Of a stretch of DNA of 64,000 nt, positions 29,384 to 45,189 are shown piece after piece. Position 1 is the stretch's first letter. The number at the start of each line of letters is the position of its first letter. This DNA comes from the human T2T-CHM13v2.0 reference genome, Homo sapiens. A program made the translations under genes and the position numbers. Location: the NCBI RefSeq assembly GCF_009914755.1, contig NC_060947.1. One strand, given 5' to 3'. Below the pieces are notes generated by a model. That model was given only the letters and a program-made list of their open reading frames with translations. It did not search any database and was not told where the DNA came from.

Positions 29384-32300
29384 CTCCACTATCTGTTTTT
29401 GTTTCCTTTGTCAAAGATCAGCTGGCTGTAAGTATTTGGCTTTATTTTTGGAATATCTATTCTATTCCGTTGGACTACATGCCTATTTTTATACCAGCAC
29501 CATGCTGTTTTGGTAACTATAGCCTTGTAGTATAGTTTTAAGTTGGGTAATGTGATGCTTTCAGGTTTGTTCTTTTTGCTTAGTCTTGCTTTGGCTATGT
29601 AGGCTCTTTTTTGTTTCTATATAAATTTTAGAATTTCTTTTCTAGCTCTGTGAGGAATAATGATAGTATTTTGATGGAAATTGCATAGAATTTATAGACT
29701 GCTTTTGGCAGTATGGTCATTTTCACACTATTGAATCTACCCATCAGTGAGTGTAGGATGTGTTTCTATTTGTTTATGTCATCTATTATTTCTTTCAGCA
29801 GTGTTTTGCAGTTTTTCCTGTAGGGATCTTTTACCTCCTTAGTTAGGTATATTCTTAAGTATTTTTTTGCAGCCTTTGTAAAAGAAATTGAGTTATTGAT
29901 TTGATTCTCAGCTTGGTCACTGCTGATGTATAGAAGTGCTACTGATTTGTGTACATTGATTTTGTAACCTGAGACATTACTAAATTTATTTTTCAGATCT
30001 AGGAGCTTTTTGAACATGTCTTTAGGGTTTTCTAGGTGTACAATCATATCTTTGGCAAACAGCAACAGTTTGACTGCCTTTTTAACTATTTGGATGTCCT
30101 TTATTTATTTCTTTTGTCTGATTGCTGTAACTAGAGCTTCCAGTACTATTTTGAATAGAAGTGGTGAGAATGGGCCTCTTGTCTTGTTGTAGTTTTCAGG
30201 AGGAATGCTTTCAACTTTTCCCTGTTCAATATAATGTTGACTTTGGATTCATCAAAGATGACATACCTTAAGGTATGTCACGTCTATGCTGATTTGCTGA
30301 GGGCTTTAATAATAAAGGGATGGTGGATTTTGTCAAATGCTTTTTCTGCATCTATTGAGATGATCACATGATATTTGTTTTTAATTTTGTTTATGTGATG
30401 TATCACAACAATTGACTCATGTATGTTAAATCAATCCTGCATCCCTGGTATAAAACCCACTTGATCATGGTCGATTATCCTTTTGATATGCTGTTGGACT
30501 TGGTTAGGTTGTATTTTGTTGAGAATTTTTGCATCTGTGTTCATTAGGAATATTGGTTTGTATTTTTTTGTTGTTTTTGTTATGTTTTTTCCTGGTTTCA
30601 GTATTAGGGTGATCCTGGCTTCACAGAATAATTTAGGGATAATTCTGTATTTCCCTGTCTTTTGCAATAATTTCAGTAGAACTGCTACTTAGTACCAATT
30701 ATTTAAATGTCTGATATAATTCAGCTGTGAGTCCATCTAGTCCTGGACTTTTTTTTTGTTGGCAAGTTCTTTTTTATTACTGTTTCAGTATTACAGCTTG
30801 TTATTTGTCTGTTCAGAGTTTCTATTTCTTCCTGGTTTAATTTAGGAAGGTTGTACATTTCCAGGAATTTATTAATCTCTTTTAGGTTTTCTAGTTTGTG
30901 CACATAAATGTCTTCATAGTAGTCTTGAATAATCTATTGTATTTCTGTGGTATTGGCTGTAATATCACCCTTTTTATTTCTAATTGAGCTTATTTGGATC
31001 TTCTCTCTTCTCTTCATGGTTTATCTTGCTAATGGTCTATTGATTTTGTTTATTCTTTCAAAGAACCAATATTTTGTTTTATTTATTTTGTGTATTTTTG
31101 TTTTAATTTTATTTAGTTCTGCTCTGATCTTTGTTATTTCCCATTTTTTTCTGCAGTGTTTGGGTTTGGTTTGTTCTTCTTTCTCTAGTTCATTGATGTG
31201 TGAGCTTAGATTGTCTATTTGTGCTCTCTCAGACTTTTTGATGTAAACATTTAATGCTATGAACTCTCCTTTTAGCACCACTTTTGCTGTATCTCAGAAG
31301 TTTTGATAGGTTGTGTCACTATTATCATTCAATTCAAAGAATTTTTTAATGCCCATCTTGATTTTATTGTTGACTCAAAGATCATTCTGGAGCAGGTTAT
31401 TTAATTTCCATGTATTTGCATAGTTTTGAGGGTTCCTTTTTGAGTTAATTTCCAGTTTTATTCCAACATGGTCTGAGAGAGTACTTGATATAATTTATAT
31501 TTTCTTACATTTATTGAGACTTGTTTTGTGGCCTATTATATGGTCTATCTTGGAGAATGTTCCATGTACAGATGAAGATAATGTATATTCTGCAGTTGTT
31601 GGGTAGAATGTTCTGCAAATGTATGTCAAGTCTATTTGTTCTAGGGTATAGTTTAAGTCTATTGTTTCTTTATTGATTTTTGGTCTTAATGATCTATCTA
31701 GTATTGTCAGTGGAGTACTGAAGTTCCTCACTATTATTGTGTCATTGTCTATCTGATTCCTTAGGTCTAGTAGTAATTGCTTTATAAATTTGTGAGCTAC
31801 AGTGTTAAGTGCATATATATTTAGCATTGTGACATTTTCCTATTGAACTAATCCTTTTATCATTATATAATGTTACTCCTTTGTTAAGTGTTGTTGCTTT
31901 AAAGTCTGTTTTTTCTGATACAAGAATAGCTACTCCTACCAGGTTTTGTTTTATATTTGCATGGATTATCTCTTTCTACCCCTTAACCTTGTTTATGTGA
32001 GTTCTGATATATTAGTTGAGTCTCTTGAAGACAGAAGATACTTGGTTTGTGGGTTTTTATCCATTCTGCTATTCTGTGTTTTATAAATGGAGATTTAGGC
32101 CATTTACATTCAAAGTTAGTATTGAGATGTGAGGTACTGATCTATTCACCATGCTAGTTTCTACCTGAATTCTTTTTGTTGTTGTTGTTGTGTTTTTAGG
32201 TCTTGTGCTATTCATGCTTTAAGGAGGTTCTATTCTGAGGTTTTGTTTCAAGATTTAAAACTCGTTTCAGCATTTCTTGCAGTGCTGGCTTGGTAGTGGT

Positions 32301-33745
32301 AAGTTGTCTCAACATTTATTTGTCTGAAAAAGACTTAATCTCTTCTTTATTTATGAAGCTTAGTTCCAATGGATACAAAATTCTTGGCTAATAATTATTT
32401 TGTTTAAGGAGACTAAAGATGGGACCCTAATTCCTTCTGGCTTGTAAGTTTTCTGCTGAAACATCTGCTGTTAATCTGATAGGTTTTCCTTTATAGCTTA
32501 CCTGATGCTTTTGCCCCACAGCTCTTAAAATTCTTTTTTTCATCTTGACTTTAGATAACCTGATGAGTACATGCCTAGGTGATGATCTTTTTATGATGAA
32601 TTTCCCGGGTATTATTTGAGCTTCTTGTATTTGGATGTCTAGATCCCCAGCAATGCCAGGGTAGCTTTCCTTGATTTTTCCCTAAAATAAGTTTTTCAAA
32701 CTTTTAGATTTCTCTTCTTTTTCAGGAACACCAGTTATTCTTAGGTTTGGTCATATAATCCCAAACTTCTTGGAGGCTTTGTTAATTTTTAAATTATTTT
32801 TTCTATGTCTTTGTTGATTGGATTGATTTGGAAGCCTTGTCTTTAAGCTCTGAAGTTTTATCTTCTACTGGTTAGATTCTATTGCTAAAACTCTTCAGTG
32901 TATTTTGCATTTTTCTAAGTGTGTCTTTTGTTTCCAGAAGTTGTGATGGTCTTTTCTTGATGATATATACTTCTCTGGATACTTTTTATCCATATCCTAT
33001 AATTAAAAGAAATTATTTCATTTGGTTTTCACCTTTTTCAGGAACCTCCTTCAGTAGCTTAATAATCAACATTCTGATAATTTTTTATCTGGCAATTCAG
33101 AAATATTTTTGGTTTGGATCCATCACTGAAGAGCTAGTGTAATATTTTGGGGGTGCTATAAAAACTTGTCTTGTCATATTACCAGAATTACTTTAGTTCT
33201 AATTTAGGTAGACTATTTCAGTGGAAAGATCTGAAACTCAAGAGCTGCTGTTCAGAATTTTGTCCCTTGATTTGGTGCTACCCAACTCACCCTAGGGATG
33301 GGGCTTCTTGACAGCCAGAATGCCAGTGATTTTTAGTGCCCTTCTGGGTCCAGCCACCCAGCGAGGCTACAAGGCTCTGGGCAGGTACCAAAGAATGTCT
33401 TCAAAGAGTCCTTTGATGTAATCCATCTTCACATCTCCCAGCTGTGGATACCAGCACCTGATCTGGTGGAGGTGGCAGGGGAGTGAAGTGGACTCTGTGG
33501 GACTCCTTGGTTATAGTTTTGTTCAGTGTGCTGGTTTTCTTGAATACTGGTTATACTAGCAGTGAAGTTGTCCTGTGGACAGACTCAGGACCTCTGTTGC
33601 AGGAGGCGGAATTAGTTGTTGTTGTTTTTTTTCTTTGGAGCAGGTCGTTCTATTATGTATTGCTGTAATCACTTGAATGGGTTGGCTTCCAGCCAGGAGG
33701 TGGTGCTTTCAAGAGAGCACAAGCTGCAGTAATAGAAGGGGGATT
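29384..33745 (-). mobile_element. L1PB-like element: ORF2, ORF1 and part of the 5' UTR; 3' end missing
   Basis: ORF2 fragments in the ORF track (29766-31827), ORF1 at ~32250-33130, and an L1PB-type 5' UTR (GGGAGTGAAGTGGACTCTGTG). Confidence 0.88.
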
Positions 33746-33749
33746 AAAA

Positions 33750-36675
33750 TTATTTTATTTTTTCTTTCCAATTTTGATGCCATTTATTTCTTTCTCTTGT
33801 CTGATTGCTCTAGCTTGGACTCCAGTACTATGTTGAATAGCAGTAGTAAAAGTGGGCATCCTTGTCTTGTTCCAGATCTTAAAGTCTTTAAGTTTTTCCA
33901 TACTTAGTATGAAAGTAGCTGCCAGTCTGTCATTTATGGCTTTTATTGTGTTGAGGTATGTTCATTCTATACCCAATTTTTTGAATAGTTTGTCCGTGAA
34001 TGGATGTTGAATTATATCAAATGCTTTTTTTTTTTAAACATCAGTTGAAATGATCATATAGTTTTGTCCTTCTTTCTGTTTACATAATGTATCACATTGA
34101 CTGAACCATACTTTTATCCCTGGGATAAATCCAACTTGGTCAAGATGAATAATCTTTTTAATATGTTGTTGAATTCAGATTACCAGCATTTTGGTGAGGA
34201 TTTTTGCATCAATGTTCATTAGGGATATTGGCCTGTAGTTTCCTTTTTTGATTTGTCTTTTTCTGATTTTGGTATCAGGGTAATACTGGTCTCAGAATGA
34301 GTTTTGAAGTATTCCCTCTCCACCTATTTTTTAGAATAGTTTGAGTAAGATTTGTATTGGTTCTTCTTTAAAAGTTTGGTAAAATGCAGCAGTGAAGCCA
34401 TAGAGTCTTCAGCTTTTCTTTACTGGGATACTTTTTATTCTGGTTTTTCTCTCATTGCTTGTTATTAGTCTCTTCAGGTTTTGAATTTCTTCATGGTTCA
34501 ATCTTGATAGGTTGTATGTTCCCAGGAATTTATTTCTTCTAGGTTTTCTAATTTATTGGCATATAATTGTTTATATTAGTCTCAAATAATCTTTTGAATT
34601 TGTGGAGTATTAGTTGTAATGTATCCTTTTAATCTCTGACTTTGAGTTTTCTATTTTTTTTCTTAGTCTAGATAAAGGTTTGTCATTTTGGTTATCTTTT
34701 GAAAAAGTGAACTTTTTGTCTCAATAATTTTTTGTACTATTGTTTTGTTTTAATATCAATAATTTTTTATATGATAGTTATTAGTTGTTTTCTTCTACTT
34801 ATATTGATTTGGCTTGCTCGTTCTTTTCTAGTTCTTTAAGATGAATCAGTAGGTTGTTTATTTGAAGTATTTCTACTTTTTAAATGTAGTCACTTATTGC
34901 TATAAACTTTTATCTTAGTACTGCTTTTACTGTATCCCTTTCGCTTTAGTATGTTTTGTTCTAACTTTTATTTGTTTCAAGAAATTATTCTCTTTTCTCC
35001 CTTGGCCCACTGATCATTCAAGAACATATTGTTCAACTTCCTTGTGTTTGTATACTTTGCAAAGTTTCTGTTATTATTGATTTCCAGTTTTATTTCATTG
35101 TGGTCAGAGAAGATGCTTGATATTATTTCAATTTTTTGAACGTTTTAAGACTTGTTTTGTGACCTAACATGTGGTCTCTTTTTGAGAATGATTCATGTGC
35201 TGTGGAAAATAATGTGTATTTTGCAGCTAATGGATAAAATGTTCTGTAAATATCTATTAGGTCCATTTGGTCTATAGTGCAGATTAAATCCCATGTTTCT
35301 TTATTGATTTCCTGTCCGGATGTTCTGTGTAATGCTGAAAGTGGGATGTCTCTAGCTATTATTGTGTTGAGGTCTATCTCTCTCTTTAGCTCTAGTAAGT
35401 GCTTTATATATCAGGATGCTTTCTTATTGAGTGTGTACATATTTACATTTGTTATATTCTTGTGCTGAATTGACTGCTTTATCATTATATACAGACATTC
35501 TTTGTCTCTTTTTATAGCTTTTGTCTTGAAATTTATTTTGTCTGACATAAGTATAGCTAATCCTGCTTTTTTTTGGTTTCCATTAGCATGGGATGTCTTT
35601 TCCATCCCTTAATTTTCAGCCTGTGTGTGTCTTTACAGGTAACGTGTATTTCTTGTAGGCAACAGATCAATGAGTCTTGCTTTTTTTTTTTAATCCATTC
35701 AGCCATTCTATGCCATTTCATTGCAGAGTTTAGTCCATTTACATTCAATGCTATTATTGATAAATAAGGACTTGTTCCTGCCATTATTTTATTTGCCTTC
35801 TGGTTGTTTTGTAGTATTCTCTTCCTTCTTTCCTTCCTTCCTGTCTTCTTTTTAATGAAGGTGATATTCTTTATGGTAGTATGTTTTAATTTCTTGCTTT
35901 TTATTTTTTCTGCATCCATTGAATGTTTTTTTTTGATATGAAGTTACCATGAGGCTTGCAAATAACATCTTATGACTCATTATTTTAAACTGATCACAAT
36001 TTAATACTGATTGCAAAAATGAAAAAACTATAATAAGTACCCAGGAAGCATAGAGAAAACTAATAAAAACTATACACTTTAACTTCATCCTCTCTGCTTT
36101 TTAACTTTTTGTTGTTTTTATTTATGTCTTGTTATACTATGTCTTGAAAAGTTGTTGTAGTTATTTTTGATAGGCTCATCTTTTTTCTTCCTACTCAAGA
36201 CACAAGTAGTTTACACACCTCAATTACAGTGTCATAATGTTCTATACTTACCATTACCAGTGAATTTTTTTACCTTTAGACAATTTCTTATTGCTCATTA
36301 ATATCCTTTTCTTTTATGGTGAAGAACTCTCTTTAGCATTTCTTGTAGTATAATTTTGGTGTTGGTGAAATCCTTTGGCTTTTATTTGTCTGGAAAATTC
36401 TTTTTCTCTCCTTAATATTTGAAGGATATATTCACTGAATATACTATTCTGGGATAAAAGATTTTTCTTCAGTACTTTAAATATGTCATGCCACTTTCTC
36501 TTGGCTTGTAAGGTTTTCACTGAGAAGTCTGCTGCCAGATATATTGAAGCTCCTTTGTATGTTATTTGTTTCTTTTCTCTTGCTTCTTTAAGGATCCATT
36601 TTAAATCTTTGACCTTTGGTAGTTTGATTATTATATATCTTGAGGTAGTCTTATTTGGGTTAAATCTGCTTGGTA
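33750..36675 (-). mobile_element. L1MA-type fragment (RT N-terminal part, EN, inter-ORF, ORF1 C-terminal part)
   Basis: EN motif LNVNGLNS...ICCLQEIH (35557-35919). The long inter-ORF region resembles that of the 17-22 kb element. Confidence 0.85.
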
Positions 36676-36839
36676 GAAAAGTCTCTTATTTTGGAGATGA
36701 GGAAACCCAAGCTCATGGAGATCAGTACTTTCTTAACATCATATAGCTTGTTATTATGATTTGAACAGAATCTCTAGATTTTAATTTTTATATCCATTTT
36801 GCTCTACTCTACCCTTTATAAATACTGATTGGCTACTTT

Positions 36840-38165
<1,326 letters not shown>

Positions 38166-38509
38166 TTAAATTTTTTTAAAAGTATAGCTTTTACATATAA
38201 GTTCATTGTGGTTTTCATATGAATTTCCCTAATGACTTAATTAGGTTTTGAATTTTAGTCTTTTACCTCATTCTCTTTATGTCTATACCCTTTATATACT
38301 CTAACAAATGAAAAATCGGCATCAGTTGCTTAAGAAAACATTCTTGAATATCACCATCTTTAAGAACAAACATCAACATAGAACAACCATTTTATGAGTC
38401 ATAAGTCAAGTGCTATACTAAAGACTCCTATTTTTCCCCCTGTAGTTTGATATAGCCTTAACTATTTAAAAGTTTTCACACGTGAGATATCTTTATTAAT
38501 AATGTCAAA

Positions 38510-38718
38510 TGGACACATCTAGGGGAACAACACACACTGGAGCCTCTCAAGGTGGGGGAGGAAGAACATCAGAAAGAATACCTAATAGATTTCGGGTTTA
38601 ATACCTAGATGATCAGTTGATCTGTTCAATGAACCACCATGGCACACATTTACCTTTTGTAACAAACCTGCACCATCCTGCACATGTACCCAGGAACTTA
38701 AAATAAAGGTTGAAAAAA
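38510..38718 (+). mobile_element. Short 5'-truncated L1PA (about PA13) 3' end
   Basis: GGGGAACAACACACACTGG...GAACTTAAAATAAAGGTTGAAAA; TSD AATGTCAAATGGA / AATGTCAATTGGA. Confidence 0.9.
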
Positions 38719-39178
38719 AATGTCAATTGGAAATGCTTGGAGTAAAGGTCATGTTATCAGATGGTTATGATGTTTTTACTGTTGCAAGTCACTGAAATTG
38801 AATCATGAAGTACTATATTTTGAAAGACTAACAAAGGACTCAAGGGTGGCACCACAAAAAAAAAAAAACTATAACAAATGATTTTGATCACAGCATAGTA
38901 TTTAAGAACTAGGTACATTTGTGTGGCTTTGGAATAATGTATCTGAAAAAACATATTTAAAAGGTTTTGAGTGACAAAAATCATAACCACTGACATTTGG
39001 AAAGCTGCTATTTTATGCCCTTTATTCTTCATAGAATAAAGCTGAGTTGAGAATATGTGTTTATCACCATAGCCATTCTACCATTCATAAAAAATGGACT
39101 TATAAAGTACAACACATTGATTATCTTCCAAAGCAAAAGCATCTCTTTTCTGTGGTAGCCTATTATGTTTGTATTCAG

Positions 39179-39345
39179 GAAAAACAAATCCAAACAATAA
39201 AAGAACAGTTTCTCAAGAACAGCGCTATATGAAACTGTCCTTGATGGATCCTCTTTTTCTCTGTGCCCTCTAAAGGAGCACAGAACTACCCCAGATGATA
39301 CAAATGGAACTTGTCTGCATGGACACAGAGGAAGGCTCTGAAAGC
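39179..39345 (+). pseudogene. Pseudo-exon F (167 nt)
   Basis: gtttgtattcag|GAAAAA. With one 1-bp deletion it gives 56 codons and one stop: EKQIQTIKEQFLKN/RYMKLSLMDPLFLCAL*RSTELPQMIQMELVCMDTEEGSES. The donor reads ataagc (gtaagc with G>A). Confidence 0.45.
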
Positions 39346-40504
39346 ATAAGCATCTCCAGAAGAGGATAAAAAAACGACATATTTTAAAACACATATTTAA
39401 TGCTATTTCTCAAAGTTGCTTTTTTTTGACTCTTTACATCAGATTTTATTGAGCTAAACTAAGATCAGTTTATATATTTCAGATTGGCCAGAGAAAGTCA
39501 TATTACTTTTATTAACATTAAATATCAAGAACACACACACAAACACAAGTGGCTTAAATTTATATAAGGTTTGAGTCATAGGGCTCAATTTACGGAGGAA
39601 ATTGTAGAAATATCCTACATAGTTTCTGAAAAATATTGCATTGAAAAGATAGTTCAGGACATATTTTTCATTGTGGTTCTTAAATCTAAAACTGTAAAAC
39701 CATTAAAATAGTTTAGATTACTTTAAAATAAGAAGACAAAAACATAAGAAAGTTAGCAAATGTGGCAAAATTTGTCAAAGTATATATAAATAAATATACA
39801 TTTCAGGAAATGGAATGCATTTAAAAGAACTTAGTAAGTTAAATTATTTTTCTTTTTAAGCTTTTCTTTCCTAACTTTAATGATCTTATTCTGTACATTT
39901 CCATATTTTGTAATATAGTTGCAGTGCTGGATATCACTTTACAGTTTTTACGGTATTACGAAAGCTTTTATTCTTGCTTTTTATGGTCAATATTTTGAGG
40001 AAGCACATTTCAGACTCTGTTTTCTTCAGTAATGTGTGCCCTGTTAGATTTGAAAAAGTACCAATATTATCTTTGATTTTATGATGTCATATTCTGTTAG
40101 AAAAAGATTGGCATTGCAGTTTCTGGCTCATAGTAAGTGATACAGATATTTTGGAATGCATAAAGGAATGCATTCTAAAGTGAATGCATGCATGAATAAA
40201 TCACTGCAGGTAAGGTCATAAGAGAAACTTAAATGCTATTTTCAGAAATGATTCTTGGGAAAACAATTTAAGCATATGAGATAGTATTGAAGTGAGGCAA
40301 AAGCAATATTTTTATTCCAATATGAGTATAAAGTACACCAGTACAAAGTAAATGGTTGTACGAGTCAAATGAATAGTAGAAAAAATTAATCATATTTGAG
40401 TCAAACAGCTACTTGAAGCAGTGCTGTTTCATTCTCTCATTACATCTTCTGAATATATTATTATTGTTTTCTTCATTTAAGTGAACTTGACCACTGATTA
40501 AGTG

Positions 40505-40720
40505 CACAAAGTTTTTAGCCAGAAAGGCCTGATTTCAAATTCCAGTTTTTTCTGGTGTTGTGATCTTGGGCAAGTTAGAGAACCTTTGTGAGCCTCTGTT
40601 TCTCCACTTGTAAATTAAGGATACTATTAGTCACCACATAGGATTGTCATAAGGAATAAAATGAGATAACATGTGCACTTGTAGTAGGCACTCAAGACAT
40701 TGTAGCTACTGTTATTTTTG
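40505..40720 (+). mobile_element. MIR
   Basis: GTGATCTTGGGCAAGTTA...GAGCCTCTGTTTCTCCACTTGTAAA...AAAATGAGATAAC. Confidence 0.85.
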
Positions 40721-41049
40721 AAGAACTTGATTATTATCCTATAATTTTCCACGTTTTCCTTCTTTACTCACAACATCATTCTGTCCCACACTCCAGTCTG
40801 TCTCTATGTAATTGATGTTTCCCTTTTCATCACCACTTAGGCCCTGGCCCTCTTCTCATCTGAGAATCAAATCCTAAATCCTCAACCTGTCTTTCCCTTC
40901 CACTTCTCTGGAAACTTTTGAGAAATAAACTGTTTAGGTATCTCTTATTCTTAGCTTTCCATCTTGGAAGACTTCTTGGGCTGGAGTGAAAGCAGTATGG
41001 ATGCAGATATAAACCCTTCCTAAGTAGTTAGCATTTTGAAATGACCTGT

Positions 41050-41375
41050 TGCAACTCTTCTCAAATGGAGGTGCAGAGAGGGCTGCATCAAGATCAACTA
41101 AAACTTATAAGTACATTCATGGGCTCCACACTCACATATTTTAATTTGGTGGATCTATAGTTGAATCAGGGAACATTGTTTTAAAAGAAAGAGAAATGTA
41201 CTTAGTGTAATGGTGTGCGCCCGTAGTCCCAGCTACTTGGGAGGCTAAGATAGAAGGATTGCTTGAGCTCAGGAGTTTGAGTACAGCCTGGACAAGTAAA
41301 AAGAGAGAGAGAAAGAGACAAATAAAAATCCACTTCAGGTGATTTTCATGTATAGCAAAGTTTGGGAACCAATTG
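41050..41375. mobile_element. MER5A-like hAT element interrupted by a FLAM/FAM Alu monomer (~41200-41325, +)
   Basis: MER5 end CAGGTGATTTTCATGTATAGCAAAGTTTGGGAACCA; monomer CCCGTAGTCCCAGCTACTTGGGAGGCT...CAGGAGTTTGAG. Confidence 0.7.
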
Positions 41376-41766
41376 TCTATTCTATTTATTCAGCCTAGAA
41401 AAACACATCTAATAAATACCCTTCAATACAAGTGTCCATGCACCTAATAACACTTCCAAGCAATTGAATTCACGTGTTTAGTACTATTACTGTGTTGGGT
41501 ATTACAAAAGCAGCGTGGTAGAGAAGAACTTGTGTGGGTTTTGGCGCCAGACAGACCTGGATTCAACTCCCAATATAAAATAGATATAATAATATCTATC
41601 CTGCATGTTCTTGTGAAAGGAGCTGAACATTTAGTATTAGTGTAAAGTGTTAAAAATTAATAGTTACCCCAGAACTGGTAGCTATTATGTATTATTATTT
41701 GTTTCTAAATCATTTTTTGGCTTGTCAGATATGAGATGCTGCAGTTGAATTGAAATATTGGGTCCA

Positions 41767-43781
41767 GGAAGTCTTAGCCAGAGCAATCAGGAAAGAGAAA
41801 TAAATAAAAGGCATCCAAATAAAACAAGAAGTCCCACTACTTCTCTTTGCTGATGATAATATTCTATACCTACAAAATCTTAAAACCTCAGCCAAACAAC
41901 TACTGGAACTGATAAACAATTTTAGGAAAGTTTTAGGATAAAAAAGCAATGTACAAATATCAGTAGATTCCTATACACCAATAACTTCCAGGCTGAGAGT
42001 CAAATCAAGAACACAAATCCATTTACAATAGCCACAAAGAAAATGAATTACCTAGGAATACAGAAAACCAAGGAGGTGAAAGACCTCTCCAAGGAGAACT
42101 ACAAAACACTGCTGAAAGACATCAGAGACAACACAAATAAATGGAAAAATATTCCCTGTTCGTGGATTGGAATAATCAATATCATTAAAATTGCCTTACT
42201 GCTCAAAGAAATTTATAGACTCAACCCTATATCTATCAAACTATCAATGCCATTCTTCACAGAATTAGAAAAAAAAAGCTATTGTAAAATTCACATGAAT
42301 CCAACAAAAAACCTCAAATAGCCAAAGCAATCCCAAGCAAAAAGAGCAAAAGTGGAGGCATCACACTTCCTGACTTCAGACTATACTAAGGCTATAATAA
42401 CCAAAACAGCATGATACTGGTACAAAACCAGACATGTAGACCAATAGAACATAATAGAAAACTCAGAAATAAAGCCACACACTTAACAATCATCTGATCT
42501 TCAACAAGGCTGACAAAAAGAAGCAACAAGGAAGAACTTTGTATTCAATAAATGGTGCTGAGCTAACTGGCTAGTCATAGGCAGAAGAATGAAACTGGAC
42601 CCTTTACCATATACAAAAAGTAACTCAAGATGAAATATAGATTTAAATGTAAAACATCAAACTATAAAAACCTTAGAAGGAAACATAAGAAATAATCTTC
42701 TCAACATCAGCTTTGACAAAGAATTTTTGCCTAAGTCCCCAAAAGCAATTGCAGCAAAAACACAGTTTAACAAGTGAGACCTAAATAAAAAGGTTCTGCA
42801 CAGAAAAAAAAAAAAGTCCACAGAGTAAACAGACAGCCTACAGAATGGGAGAAAATATTTGCAACCTATGCATCTAACAAAGGTCTAATATGAAGATTCT
42901 GTAAGAAACTGAAAGAAATCAACAAGAGAAAAACAAATAACCCAATTAAAAAATGAGCAAAGGACATGAACAGACATTTTTCAAAAGAAGACATACAAGC
43001 CGCCAACAAACATATGAAACAGTTCGCAGCATCACTAATCATCAGAGAAATGCAAATCAAAACCACAAAGTGATACTATCTCACAACACTTAGAAAGAAT
43101 GGACTTAGAAAGAATTGATATTATTGTTAAATTAAAAAAAAAAAACAGATGCTGGCAAGGCTGTGGAGAAAAGGGAAAGTTTATACACTGTTGATGGGAA
43201 TGTAAATTAGTTCAGCCCCTAATCTCAAAGATCTTCATAGAGGGCTACCATTCAACGCAGCAATCCCATTACTTGATATATACCTCAAAGAAAAGAGGTT
43301 ATTCTACTGAAAAGACACATTCACTTATATGCTCATTTCTATGTTGTTTATAATAACAAAGACACGGAATCAACTTAGGTATCAATCTATTGTGGATTGG
43401 ATACAGCAAATGTGGTACATACACATAATGGAACACTATGTAGCCATAAAAAAGAATAAAATAATGTCCTTTCTAGCAACATGGATGCAGATGGAGGCCA
43501 TTATCCTAAGAGAATTTACACAGGAACTGAAAACCAAGAACCACATGTTCTCACTTATAAGTAAGAGCTAAACATTGAACACATATGAACATAAACATAG
43601 GAACAATATACACTGCAGACTCCTGGGGGAGGGAGGGATGGGTGTGCAGGTTGACAAACTCCTATTGGGTACTCTTGCTCACTATCTAGGTGCAATATAA
43701 CCATGCAAATAATGTGCACATGTACCCCCTAGATCTAAAATAATAGTTGAAAATTTTAAAAAAAGGAATACAAATAAAAAA
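41767..43781 (+). mobile_element. 5'-truncated L1PA15/16-like element
   Basis: ORF2 RT to C-terminal fragments and an old-L1PA 3' UTR; TSD GAAATATTGGGTCCA (41752-41766) / GAAATATTTGGTCCA (43782-43796). Confidence 0.93.
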
Positions 43782-43829
43782 GAAATATTTGGTCCAAGTC
43801 TTCACGTGCTTCTGCATCTTCAACTTGGC

Positions 43830-44300
43830 TATCATTTTATTGTATTTCCCCAACCCCGGATTGGAGCTTGGCTTTGTAACTTGCTTTGACCAATAGGGTG
43901 CTATAAGGCACAATGCAAAACAAGGGCTTGGAATTGCTTGCATGATTCAGCATACATTCTTATATCTGTTAACACCATGAAGAGAACATTCCTCACTTAA
44001 TCTATTTATCCAAGGAAGATGAGGGACACTTGGATTAGAGTTTCCCAAGGGACTTGGTAAACTGCAGCTTGAAGAACAGCCACATAGCTTCAACAGCCAA
44101 TCCAAGCCTAGTAACTCCCAGCTGAACCCCAGCCACGTGTAAGTCTATCTGAGATCAGCAGAACTGTCTCAGTCATTGCAGCCTGAAGCAAAGCCACCTA
44201 TGATGACTTGCAGAACCATAGAAATAATATTTTTTTCTAAAATACTGAGTTTGGAGATGGTTTTTAAAGCAACTTTATTGTGGTAAATAGCCAGCCTGTG
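43830..44300 (+). mobile_element. MLT1 (old MaLR) LTR
   Basis: GTAACTTGCTTTGACCAATAG; CACCATGAAGAGAAC; ACTGAGTTTGGAGATGGTTT...GCAAC. Confidence 0.7.
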
Positions 44301-44369
44301 CAGATGATTTTGTCTCTTTCCAGTGATAATCTGAGTTTAGCAATCTGTCAAAAACAACAACAAAAATAT

Positions 44370-44417
44370 ACACACACACACACACACACACACGAAAGAG
44401 AGAGAGAGAGAGAGAGA
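44370..44417. repeat. Compound (CA)n(GA)n microsatellite
   Basis: About 12 CA units followed by about 11 GA units. Confidence 0.95.
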
Positions 44418-45189
44418 AACAAGCAAAAAACAAAGTTCTTACTTTTTAGCAAGAGTACCTGCCATTTCTGTTGATTTAGTAAGAGTGGTAATTGTGTATT
44501 AGTATAGAGTTATGCTGTTGTAAAGCACTCTTTGAACACTGCATAGGCATAATTTTATGCCTATGTCTGAGTACATTTTTTAGTTTTGAAGTGTATAGAT
44601 ATTGCAGAAAATACTGGGGCTGTGCCTCAAGCTGCCTGATTCCATTGTGTATTTTTGTCCAAGACATGGACAAATAAAGGAGACTGCTCATGAAAATAGT
44701 GTACAGAAAAAAGAGGGCCCAGAGAGCCAAAAGGATATTATTTAGAATTGATTGTGAGAAATGAGCAGTAAAAGAAAAAGGAAAATATAACTGAAGGCCA
44801 TAAATCAGGAGAAATTGTATCAAACGTGTTCCACATTTTATTGTCAGTTGATAAGCAATTCAGTTGTTTCAAACTCTTTGTTATTGTAAGTATAGCTATG
44901 ATAAACATTCTCATTGTTGCCTCTCTCTACATGTAAGAGTTTTTCTTGGCTATATATGCAAAAATGATATGTTCATGCTTAGTTTTTCTAAATGCTTACA
45001 AATTGCTCCCAAGAATGGCTTTATCAATATATACTTCCACCATGAGTTGGTAAAAGATTCCCACCACTCACATATTCACCAACACTAAATACTACCCGAA
45101 TTTTTATTTTTTATATGATGGTTAGAGAGTGATGTCTCATTGTTTTAGGTTGCATTTCTTTGATTACCTCTGAAGTTTAGCAACTCTTC

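Noticed and set aside
39029-39394. 121-aa minus-strand ORF in unique sequence
   Set aside because: No recognisable domain and a non-ATG start; it overlaps pseudo-exon F on the opposite strand, so it is probably an antisense shadow.
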